Source of the DNA: an uncultured SAR86 cluster bacterium
GTDB taxonomy: Bacteria; Pseudomonadota; Gammaproteobacteria; Magnimaribacterales; TMED112
Length of the DNA stretch: 64,000 nt
Direction: 5' to 3'
NCBI GenBank assembly: GCA_902585315.1
Contig: CACIDC010000002.1
Span: 37,789 to 101,788 of the forward strand
The translations under genes and the position numbers were made by a program. Under the pieces are notes generated by a model. It was not told the origin of the DNA. It ran no database searches and saw only the letters and a list, made by a program, of their open reading frames with translations. How positions within the stretch are numbered: position 1 is the stretch's first letter; each line of letters opens with the position of its first letter. This document shows positions 36,572-44,526 of the stretch, piece after piece.

Positions 36572-37282
36572 TTAATTCAGTTCGCCAAAATACAATTTCT
36601 TAGCTAACGAATTGTTTTTTACTTGATTTGGAGTGCCTTGTAGCAATAACTCTCCTTGATTTAGAAGGATGATTTCATCACAAACATTTATTACATCTCT
36701 AAAGTTATGATCGCTTATAAAAATACCCAAATCTTTTTTAAAATTTTTAAGTATTTTAATAATTTCTTCTACTGATATCGGGTCAACACCTGCAAAAGGT
36801 TCATCTAAAAGGATAAACTTTGAATCAAGTAAAATAGCTCTCAATATTTCAGTTTTTCTTTTTTCTCCTCCAGATAAAAATTTAGATTTTGTATTTTCTT
36901 TATCTGTTAACTTCATTAAATCTAATAGATTTTCAATCTGCTTAGATTTATCTGATGAAATTTCTTTAAATTTTAGCTCTACAATTGCTTCTAGATTTTC
37001 TTTAAGACTCAAATCATCAAACAAAGAGTTTTCTTGAGGCACATAATTTAATCCAGCATTTGATCTTTCTTCGAGAGTCATTAAGTGCAGATTTTCATGA
37101 TAAAATTTTATTTTTCCTGAATCAATTTTTGAAAGTCCAGAAATAGCTTTAAATACGCTTGTTTTTCCTGCTCCATTTGCACCTAAAAGTCCAATTATTT
37201 TATTTTTAGGCAGATCAAATGAAATATTTTTAAAAAGAAATTTAGATCCTATTGATTTACTTATATTTTCAACTTTTATCAT
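36572..37282 (-). CDS. lptB: LPS export ABC transporter ATP-binding protein LptB
   Basis: 236 aa with Walker A GLLGANGAGKTS, signature LSGGEKRKTEI and Walker B FILLDEPFAGVDP. Follows an lptA-like gene. Confidence 0.92.
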   Translation of the reverse strand: MIKVENISKSIGSKFLFKNISFDLPKNKIIGLLGANGAGKTSVFKAISGLSKIDSGKIKFYHENLHLMTLEERSNAGLNYVPQENSLFDDLSLKENLEAIVELKFKEISSDKSKQIENLLDLMKLTDKENTKSKFLSGGEKRKTEILRAILLDSKFILLDEPFAGVDPISVEEIIKILKNFKKDLGIFISDHNFRDVINVCDEIILLNQGELLLQGTPNQVKNNSLAKKLYFGELN

Positions 37283-37646
37283 TGGATAACTTGATTATCA
37301 TATTTTCAGAATTAATCTTGTTGCCTGATTTAATAATCGAAACATTTTTAGAAAGTTTTAGAAAGTCAGAGTCTATCTCAATTTTTTCTGCTTCACCTTC
37401 AATAAATTCTAAGCCGTCATAAAATTTAATTTTAATGGGAAAGCCATATGCTACAAAAGATTCATTTTTCTGATTAAGTTTCAACCTATCTGCTGTAAAA
37501 AAAATATCATCAGATTTAAAAACCACATCTTGTTCATAATTGATGGTATTGAGCTCCGTATCAATTTCTATATTTTTTGAAGTTATTTCGTATTCCTGTG
37601 AAGCCAGATTAAATGACAAAAGTAAAATGATTAATCTAAAGAACAT
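37269..37646 (-). CDS. lptA: OstA-like periplasmic LPS transport protein (LptA/LptC family, short)
   Basis: 125 aa with an N-terminal signal or anchor. EITSKNIEIDTELNTINYEQDVVFKSDDIFFTADRLKL fits the LptA/LptC beta-jellyroll pattern. It lies between kdsD and lptB. Confidence 0.65.
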   Translation of the reverse strand: MFFRLIILLLSFNLASQEYEITSKNIEIDTELNTINYEQDVVFKSDDIFFTADRLKLNQKNESFVAYGFPIKIKFYDGLEFIEGEAEKIEIDSDFLKLSKNVSIIKSGNKINSENMIIKLSNDKS

Positions 37647-38601
37647 TTGCCTCTAAAATATCATGCATTGTTAATATACCAACAACTTTTTTATTTTCTT
37701 CAACAACTAGAGTATACACTTTAAATGCTTTCATCATTTCTGCAGCTTTTACTACTAATTCATTTGATTTAATTCTTTTAAATTTTTTAGTTAGCACCGA
37801 AGAAAGTCTAACTTTATCTATTTCGACATTTTTTTGCAGATGTCTTCTCAAATCGCCATCTGAAAATACCCCAATAACTCTTGAACCCCTTTTAATAAGG
37901 GCAATTCCCTGTTTTTTTTCAGAGACTTCAAAAATTAAATCTTTAATGCTTTCTGAATCTTTAACAACTGCTGCTTTACTTATTGGCACCATCAAATCCT
38001 TTGTTCGCAATGTTAATTTTTTACCAAGCTTCCCTCCTGGGTGAGATTTTGCAAAATCTTCAGAGGTGAAACCTTTAACTTTTAGTAAAGCAACTGCAAT
38101 TGCATCTCCAAGTGCAAGCGTAACAGTTGTGCTCGAAGTTGGCGCTAGGTCATAAGGGCAAGCCTCTCTTCTAACTTTCACCAATACATGGGTTTTTGAG
38201 GCTTTGGCTATTGTTGAATTAACATTTTCCGTGATAGAAAAAAGATCAATTTTCTTCATATTTATCGCAGGTAATAAATCACAGATTTCCTGACTTTCAC
38301 CAGATTTAGAGATTGCTAAGATTGAGTCCTTCTTTTCTATCATTCCTAGATCACCATGTAATGCTTCAGCGGGATGAATAAAAAAAGCTGGCGTTCCAGT
38401 GCTGGAAAGAGTGGCAGCGAACTTGTTGGCGATATGTCCTGATTTTCCTACACCGGTTATAAATATTTTCCCCTTGCAATTTGAGATATTTGTACATAAT
38501 TCTTCAACATTAAAGTTTTTAGACCTAGAAAAAGCCCTTAATTCCTCTAATTCAATTAAAAAAGCTTTTTTTGCTTCTTTTTGGAAAATATTTTTTTTCA
38601 T
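37636..38601 (-). CDS. kdsD: arabinose-5-phosphate isomerase KdsD
   Basis: 321 aa with a SIS domain (GVGKSGHIANKFAATLSSTGTPAFFIHPAEALHGDLG) and a tandem CBS pair. Confidence 0.93.
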   Translation of the reverse strand: MKKNIFQKEAKKAFLIELEELRAFSRSKNFNVEELCTNISNCKGKIFITGVGKSGHIANKFAATLSSTGTPAFFIHPAEALHGDLGMIEKKDSILAISKSGESQEICDLLPAINMKKIDLFSITENVNSTIAKASKTHVLVKVRREACPYDLAPTSSTTVTLALGDAIAVALLKVKGFTSEDFAKSHPGGKLGKKLTLRTKDLMVPISKAAVVKDSESIKDLIFEVSEKKQGIALIKRGSRVIGVFSDGDLRRHLQKNVEIDKVRLSSVLTKKFKRIKSNELVVKAAEMMKAFKVYTLVVEENKKVVGILTMHDILEANVL

Positions 38602-38620
38602 TTCAAACTATAATTTACAT

Positions 38621-39226
38621 ATGTTACGATTTTTTTCATCAAAAATATTATTTGTCTTTTTTTTGGCACAAAATTTATTTTGCGACAAAATTCCTGATCT
38701 TCATGAATATATTGATTCAAATGCTCAATATTTTTTGACAGTTATAAAGGAAGAAGGTTCAAATTATGATGAGAACCCTGAAGCATTCAAAGAAAGGCTT
38801 AAAAACATTTGGGAACCAATGGTTGATGTAAAAGTTGTATCGAGATTAATTCTTTCATCGAAAATTTATACTTCTGCCACAGAAAGTCAGAAAAAATTAT
38901 TTGAAGAAAGAACAAAAAAATTGTTGCTTGATACATATGTATCGACTTTATTGGAATTTGATAATTATCAAATTTTAACGGATGAAGATATTAAAGTTAA
39001 TAAAAAAACATTTGAAGTTTCTATAAATTTTTTCTCGGATTCTAATTCATTTGTTACTAAATTGACTGTTTACAAAAATAGCCTTGGACAATATAGGATT
39101 GTAAATATAATTGTTGACGGAATTAACCTAGGCTTAATATTTAGAAATCAATTCCAAGATGCTTATCTAGAGAATAACTCTAACCTGGATATTGCTATTG
39201 AATCTTGGAAACCCACAACGCTCTAA
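38621..39226 (+). CDS. mlaC: phospholipid-binding periplasmic protein MlaC (Ttg2D family)
   Basis: 201 aa from ATG 38621. The longer track ORF runs antisense through kdsD. It has a signal peptide, and SRLILSSKIYTSATESQKKLFEERTKKLLLDTYVSTL...YRIVNIIVDGINLGLIFRNQFQ matches the MlaC pattern. Confidence 0.7.
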   Translation: MLRFFSSKILFVFFLAQNLFCDKIPDLHEYIDSNAQYFLTVIKEEGSNYDENPEAFKERLKNIWEPMVDVKVVSRLILSSKIYTSATESQKKLFEERTKKLLLDTYVSTLLEFDNYQILTDEDIKVNKKTFEVSINFFSDSNSFVTKLTVYKNSLGQYRIVNIIVDGINLGLIFRNQFQDAYLENNSNLDIAIESWKPTTL

Positions 39227-39229
39227 ATC

Positions 39230-40495
39230 ATGGAAAGATTAATAATTAAGGGCGGAAACCATCTTCAAGGGGAAATAGACTGTTCCGGTGCTAAGAACGC
39301 TGGCTTACCTATCTTAGCCTCAACAATATTGCTTGACGGCTCAGCTTTAATAGGTAACTTGCCACATTTGCAAGATATAACAACAAAACTGGAATTGTTA
39401 AATTCTATGGGTTCTCAAATAAATTTTCACGAAGATGGTTATATTGCGATTAATTCTTCAAATATTCTTTTGCCTGAAGCTAGATATGAGCTCGTTAAAA
39501 CAATGCGTGCCTCTATTTTAGTTATGGGTCCTTTAGTGGCGAAATATGGAAAAGCCAAAATCTCGCAGCCAGGTGGTTGTGATATTGGCACTCGGCCAAT
39601 TGATTTCCATCTTTCTGGTTTAGAAAAAATGGGAGCTGAAATTAAGTCAGATTCAAAATATATTTATCTAAAAGCAAAAAAACTTAATCCCATAGACTTC
39701 TCTTTTCCCAAGGTTTCCGTTACTGGAACAGAAAATTTAATGATGGCCGCAACATTAATTGAGGGAACCACTACACTTAGAAACTGCGCAAAAGAACCAG
39801 AAGTATTGGAGCTCGCAAACTATCTTAATAACTGTGGTGCAAAGATTAGTGGGGCAGGAGAATCTGAAATTATAGTTCAGGGAGTAAAAAAATTAGAAGC
39901 AAGCAGGTGGAATGTTTTATTTGACAGGATTGAAGCTGGCACGTATCTGGTTGCAGGCGCTATTACAAATGGTCATGTAAAAGTAAATAAAATTAACCCC
40001 GAAACTATTAATATAGTTAGTGAAAAATTGATGAATATGGGCGTCGAAGTAAATATTGGCTCAGATTTTGTTGAAGTTGATGCAACTTCATCAGATTTGA
40101 AAGCCCAGGATATATTTACCGAACCATTTCCCGGTTTTCCTACAGATATGCAAGCTCAATTTATGACTTTAAACACAATTGCATCAGGTACATGCATGAT
40201 TGAGGAAACAGTATTTGAAAATAGATTCCAGCATGTTAGTCAATTAAGAAAAATGGGAGCTGACATAACTTTAAATAAAAATAAAGCATCTGTCTCTGGT
40301 GTATCAAACTTAGTTGGAGCAAATGTGCGCGCATCTGACTTAAGAGCATCAGCTAGCTTAGTCTTAGCTGGATTAGTTGGTAAAAATAAAACAGAAATAA
40401 ATGACATTTACCATATCGATAGAGGATATGAATGTATTGAAGAAAAACTCAATAAGTTAGGTGCAGAAATTATTAGAGAGCCTGTGGTCTATTAG
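39230..40495 (+). CDS. murA: UDP-N-acetylglucosamine 1-carboxyvinyltransferase
   Basis: 421 aa with GAKNAGLPILA, catalytic Cys loop QPGGCDIGTRPIDFHL, and HIDRGYECIEEKL. Confidence 0.96.
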   Translation: MERLIIKGGNHLQGEIDCSGAKNAGLPILASTILLDGSALIGNLPHLQDITTKLELLNSMGSQINFHEDGYIAINSSNILLPEARYELVKTMRASILVMGPLVAKYGKAKISQPGGCDIGTRPIDFHLSGLEKMGAEIKSDSKYIYLKAKKLNPIDFSFPKVSVTGTENLMMAATLIEGTTTLRNCAKEPEVLELANYLNNCGAKISGAGESEIIVQGVKKLEASRWNVLFDRIEAGTYLVAGAITNGHVKVNKINPETINIVSEKLMNMGVEVNIGSDFVEVDATSSDLKAQDIFTEPFPGFPTDMQAQFMTLNTIASGTCMIEETVFENRFQHVSQLRKMGADITLNKNKASVSGVSNLVGANVRASDLRASASLVLAGLVGKNKTEINDIYHIDRGYECIEEKLNKLGAEIIREPVVY

Positions 40496-41441
40496 GCCTT
40501 TCTTTTGTCACTAAATTTAAATCAAGCTGCTCATTAGATCTAATAATTTTTAGTTCAAGAATATCTCCGGGAGAAATGCTATTGACTGATGCTAACAATG
40601 TATTCCATCTTGCGTCTGCATCCTTAATTGAAATGATGATGTCACCATCTTCTAAACCATTTTCAAAGTTTGAATTATTATTTAAAGCAACTGTATAAAG
40701 TGCTGGAATTCTATTATTTGTTTCTGCATCTGTATAAAAACCTCTTCTAAACCTAAATTCTCCTATCCAGGCTCTACTTACTTTTCCATATTTAATTATT
40801 TCATTTGTTATTGATAAAACTTTTCCAGATGGTAGTGCAAAGCCTACTCCATCTGAACCTCCTGAAGCTGAAGCAATTAAAGTACTAAGTCCAATTAGCT
40901 CTCCAAATTCATTTATTAAAGCTCCACCAGAATTGCCTTTATTAATAGCAGCATCAGTTTGAATAATATCTAAATAGGGATTTCCAAAATTTCTCCCAGT
41001 TGCGCTTAAGATTCCTCTCGAAACAGATATTCCTATGTTATACGGATTTCCGATTGCATAGACTGTCTGACCAATCTCTAAATCTTCTTGATCAGAAAAT
41101 TTAATATGATTCAGGTTTTCTTCATTGATTTTTAAAACAGCAAGATCAGCATACTCATCAAAACCTATTAGATTTGCTAGGTAAGTTTTTTCTGCGATTT
41201 TTACAGTGCTAAGGTTGCCAGAAAGATTATGAAAAGCAGTTATAATGTATCCATCTTCAGAAATAATCACTCCAGACCCAAAGCTTTTTCCACGATTATT
41301 TAAAGATTCAATTGTTACAATTGATGATGAAATTTCGTCAAAGTTTATTTTTTCTTCTTTGTTGTATCTATTTTCGAAATATACAAATTGTGCTCCAAAA
41401 AATAAGCCGAAAAATAATATTAACAAAAACAGGTTCTTCAT
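40473..41441 (-). CDS. degS: DegS/AlgW-type periplasmic serine endoprotease (trypsin domain + one PDZ)
   Basis: 322 aa with an N-terminal anchor. Catalytic triad context ITAFHNL, ADLAVLKI and GNSGGALIN. Single C-terminal PDZ. Confidence 0.75.
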   Translation of the reverse strand: MKNLFLLILFFGLFFGAQFVYFENRYNKEEKINFDEISSSIVTIESLNNRGKSFGSGVIISEDGYIITAFHNLSGNLSTVKIAEKTYLANLIGFDEYADLAVLKINEENLNHIKFSDQEDLEIGQTVYAIGNPYNIGISVSRGILSATGRNFGNPYLDIIQTDAAINKGNSGGALINEFGELIGLSTLIASASGGSDGVGFALPSGKVLSITNEIIKYGKVSRAWIGEFRFRRGFYTDAETNNRIPALYTVALNNNSNFENGLEDGDIIISIKDADARWNTLLASVNSISPGDILELKIIRSNEQLDLNLVTKERPNRPQAL

Positions 41442-41496
41442 GTTTCAAATCCTTTACCAATATATTAATATATAGCGGGTCAACTTTGAGCATTAC

Positions 41497-41922
41497 ATGA
41501 AAACTACAGCATTAAGAACTCAAGATATTGAGCAAAAATGGTACATACTTGATTGTACAGGAAAGAAACTTGGCAGATTATCTGTTCAAGTTGCCAATAT
41601 ATTAAGAGGAAAAAACAAACCAGAATATACGCCTAATTCTGATGTAGGAGATTTTGTAATTTTACTTAATGCAAAAAAAATTGAAGTTACTGGAAAGAAA
41701 GCAACAGATAAAATTTACTATAAACACTCTGGTTTTCCTGGCGGGATTAAGCAAATATCTTTTCAAGATCAGATGGAAAAAAATCCTGAAAAAGTAATAA
41801 GAGATGCAGTAAAGGGAATGTTGCCTAAAAATAGATTAAACAGACAAATTATTAAAAAATTGAAAGTATATGATGATGGTAATCATCCTCATGAAGCACA
41901 AAATCCTGAGGAGTTAAAATAG
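41497..41922 (+). CDS. rplM: 50S ribosomal protein L13
   Basis: 141 aa with [33 protein letters not shown]. Confidence 0.96.
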   Translation: MKTTALRTQDIEQKWYILDCTGKKLGRLSVQVANILRGKNKPEYTPNSDVGDFVILLNAKKIEVTGKKATDKIYYKHSGFPGGIKQISFQDQMEKNPEKVIRDAVKGMLPKNRLNRQIIKKLKVYDDGNHPHEAQNPEELK

Positions 41923-42302
41923 TGGGAACTGTTTCTGGAAGAAGGAAAGAAGCTACAGCTGTTGTTAAACTTACAAAAGGAACAGGTATTGTTACAGTAA
42001 ACAAAAAGAGTATCGATGAATACTTTGGAAGAGATGTTGCTAAAATGATAGTTAGGCAACCACTTGTACTCACAAAGAATGATGGTTCATTTGATGTTGA
42101 TGCAAAAGTACAAGGTGGCGGTTCTTTCGGACAAGCTGGAGCAATAAGACTAGCAATATCGAAGGCACTTCTAGAAGAAAATCCTGAGCTTAGGGCTGAT
42201 CTCAAAAAAGCAGGATATCTGACCAGAGATTCAAGAGTTAAAGAAAGAAAGAAAGTTGGCCTCAAAAAAGCTAGAAAAAGTCCACAGTTTTCTAAACGTT
42301 AA
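41922..42302 (+). CDS. rpsI: 30S ribosomal protein S9
   Basis: 126 aa with a GTG start overlapping the rplM stop. [19 protein letters not shown]...[27 protein letters not shown]. Confidence 0.96.
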   Translation: MGTVSGRRKEATAVVKLTKGTGIVTVNKKSIDEYFGRDVAKMIVRQPLVLTKNDGSFDVDAKVQGGGSFGQAGAIRLAISKALLEENPELRADLKKAGYLTRDSRVKERKKVGLKKARKSPQFSKR

Positions 42303-42308
42303 TTTTCT

Positions 42309-42351
42309 ATTTTGAACACTCATAAATAATTATAAATTTTTTGTTCAAAAT
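42309..42351. repeat. perfect 10-bp inverted repeat ATTTTGAACA / TGTTCAAAAT with 23-nt loop (copy 1 of a duplicated module); weak terminator or operator candidate
   Basis: The arms are 42309-42318 and 42342-42351, followed by a T6 run at 42356-42361. The module is repeated at 42461-42489. Confidence 0.6.
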
Positions 42352-42406
42352 ATAATTTTTTAATGTTTATTTATTAAAAACCTATATATTTTAAAAAAAT
42401 TCTGTA

Positions 42407-42412
42407 TATAAT
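42407..42412 (+). promoter_or_regulatory. candidate -10 element (perfect TATAAT) upstream of the petABC leader
   Basis: TATAAT at 42407-42412 in an A/T-rich context. No good -35. A transcript from here would begin just upstream of the SD-preceded uORF. Confidence 0.3.
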
Positions 42413-42438
42413 ACGTCTCATAAGGATTTAAGAGGAAT

Positions 42439-42495
42439 ATGCTTATTCAGTTTCACCTAAATTTGAACACTGAATTAAATGTTCAAAATGTCTAA
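42439..42495 (+). other. 18-codon upstream ORF (MLIQFHLNLNTELNVQNV) with Shine-Dalgarno, spanning repeat copy 2
   Basis: AAGAGGA (42430-42436) lies just upstream of ATG 42439, and the stop TAA is at 42493-42495. Purely positional, with no homology claim. Confidence 0.2.
42461..42489. repeat. second copy of the TTTGAACACT ... TGTTCAAAAT inverted-repeat module (8-bp stem, 10-nt loop) covering ATG 42479 and abutting ATG 42488
   Basis: TTTGAACACT recurs at 42311-42320 and 42462-42471. TGTTCAAAAT recurs at 42342-42351 and 42480-42489. Confidence 0.6.
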
Positions 42496-42715
42496 AAATA
42501 AGCAAGGAAAAAAACATATACACATACTAGATGGGATGTCTTTATATATTAGGGACAAGTCTCCCTTTTATTGGGGTTATTTAAATGTTGATGGTGAAAT
42601 TCACAAAAAAAGCCTTAAAACTAAAGATAAGAAAGAAGCTGAAAAGCTCTTATTTGATTGGAAAAATGAATTGCTCTATAGCGATTCATTGAATGATTTA
42701 AATGAAAAATTAGAC
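42488..42715 (+). pseudogene. integrase Arm-type N-terminal-domain-like ORF fragment, in frame with and directly upstream of petA
   Basis: MSKNKQGKKHIHILDGMSLYIRDKSPFYWGYLNVDGEIHKKSLKTKDKKEAEKLLFDWKNELL follows the pattern of P4-type tyrosine integrase N-termini (..K.Y.L.DG.GLYL.V...G.K.W...Y...GK....LG......EA......). No catalytic domain follows it. There is no stop before the petA Met at 42716. Confidence 0.35.
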
Positions 42716-43282
42716 ATGGATGTTAAAGATAAACCGAGAGTTGATAACACTAGAAGAAAAGCTTTAATGATTACTTCAAGTTTAATGGGGGCAGTAACAG
42801 TTGCTGGGTTTGCGGTTCCTTTTCTGAGTGCTTGGAATCCAAGTGAAAAAGCAAAAGCCCTAGGTGCTTCTGTTAAATTTGATTTATCAAAATTAGAGCC
42901 TGGTGCGATGGCAGTTGTAGAGTGGAGAAGAACACCAATTTTTGTTGTACACCAAACATCGAAAGCGTTAGAAAATCTACCAAAATTGAATGATAGGGTT
43001 ACAGACCCTGTTTTGTCAGAAGGTGTTGCTAGATCAACCAATGATAAATTCACGGTTTTGAAAGGAGTTTGCACACATTTATCATGTGCGCCAAAATATC
43101 ATCCTGAAATTGAACCGAAAGCTTGGGACGAACAGTGGTTAGGAGGTTTTTTCTGTCCATGTCATGGATCTAAATTTGATTTAGCAGGTAGAGTTTATAA
43201 AGGTGTGCCAGCACCAACAAATTTAGAAGTTCCCCCACATAAATTTGAGGGAGATACATTAATTATAGGAGAACCAACATAA
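42716..43282 (+). CDS. petA: ubiquinol-cytochrome c reductase Rieske iron-sulfur subunit
   Basis: 188 aa from ATG 42716 with a Tat motif NTRRKAL followed by a TM anchor. Rieske boxes CTHLSC and CPCHGS. The track ORF extends 79 codons further upstream. Confidence 0.9.
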   Translation: MDVKDKPRVDNTRRKALMITSSLMGAVTVAGFAVPFLSAWNPSEKAKALGASVKFDLSKLEPGAMAVVEWRRTPIFVVHQTSKALENLPKLNDRVTDPVLSEGVARSTNDKFTVLKGVCTHLSCAPKYHPEIEPKAWDEQWLGGFFCPCHGSKFDLAGRVYKGVPAPTNLEVPPHKFEGDTLIIGEPT

Positions 43283-44526
43283 TGGCTAGTGAAAAAAGTA
43301 CTGTAATGGGCTGGATAGATAGAAGGCTTCCAGTAACCGAAAATCTTGAAAGACATTTAACAAAACATCCTGTTCCAAAGAAAGTAAATTTCTTCTACCT
43401 TTTTGGAGCATTACTGATGGTTGTATTTATGATTCAAGTTGTAACAGGTATTTGGTTGATGATGTTTTATACAAACACCGAGGAAGGAGCTTTTGCAAGT
43501 GTTGAATACATTATGAGAGATGTCGAATATGGTTGGCTGATGAGATATATGCATAGTACAGGTGCTAGCGCATTTTTCTTTTTAATGTATTTTCATATGT
43601 TTAGAGGCCTTTTGTATGGCTCGTACCAAAAACCAAAAGAATTAGTGTGGTTATTTGGATGTTTTCTACTATTTTTGCTTATGGCAGAAGGGTTCTTAGG
43701 TTATGTGTTGCCTTGGGGTCAAATGTCTTACTGGGCAGCGAATGTTATTTTATCTTTATTCGGAGCGATTCCGTTTATTGGGCCAGACTTACAGGTTTGG
43801 ATTCAAGGAGATTTTGTTCTTTCAGGAATAACTTTATCAAGATTTTTTGCATTACATGTTGTAGTAGTGCCTCTCTTAATGATTGCATTGGTAGTTTTTC
43901 ATATTTTCGCACTTCATGAAGTCGGAGCAGGGAATCCTGAGGGAGTTGACATTGAGAAGTACAGAGATGAAAAAGGCATGCCGCTAGACGGAGCACCATT
44001 TCATCCATATAAGACTTTTGGCGCATTACCAGCAATTGGGATTTTCTTTATAGTGTTCTTTGCAATTGTTTTTTTTGCTCCTACAGGTGGCGGTTATTTT
44101 ATAGAGAAGCCAAATTTTGAAGAAGCAAATTTTCTCAAAACTCCAGAACATATAGCACCAGTTTGGTATTATGCCCCTTTCTATTCGATTTTAAGGGCTG
44201 TTACTTTTGGGATTCCTTTTTTAGGCATAACAAGTAAATTTTTAGGGTTTATTGTTTTCGCTGCAAGTATAGCAATTCTTTTTGTAGTTCCTTGGCTGGA
44301 TAGATCAAATGTGCAGAGCATTAGGTATAAAGGTATTTATAGTAAAATCGCAATGGTACTTTTTGCAGCTTCCTTTATAACGCTTGGTTACCTGGGCACA
44401 AAACCGGTAAATGAGTTAAGAACGCTTATAGCTCAAATATGCACTGTTCTATATTTTGCACCTTTCTTGCTTATGCCAATTTATACAAAATATGAAAAAA
44501 CATTAAAAGTTCCTGACAGGTTATGA
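43282..44526 (+). CDS. petB: cytochrome b
   Basis: 414-aa polytopic protein with conserved RYMHSTGASAFF, the haem-ligand His context, and APVWYYAPFYSILR (PEWY-type Qo motif). Confidence 0.95.
   Translation: MASEKSTVMGWIDRRLPVTENLERHLTKHPVPKKVNFFYLFGALLMVVFMIQVVTGIWLMMFYTNTEEGAFASVEYIMRDVEYGWLMRYMHSTGASAFFFLMYFHMFRGLLYGSYQKPKELVWLFGCFLLFLLMAEGFLGYVLPWGQMSYWAANVILSLFGAIPFIGPDLQVWIQGDFVLSGITLSRFFALHVVVVPLLMIALVVFHIFALHEVGAGNPEGVDIEKYRDEKGMPLDGAPFHPYKTFGALPAIGIFFIVFFAIVFFAPTGGGYFIEKPNFEEANFLKTPEHIAPVWYYAPFYSILRAVTFGIPFLGITSKFLGFIVFAASIAILFVVPWLDRSNVQSIRYKGIYSKIAMVLFAASFITLGYLGTKPVNELRTLIAQICTVLYFAPFLLMPIYTKYEKTLKVPDRL

Noticed and set aside
38399-38620. A 74-codon N-terminal extension of the mlaC ORF.
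   Set aside because: It runs antisense through the kdsD 5' coding region. ATG 38621 yields a proper signal peptide and a typical MlaC length.
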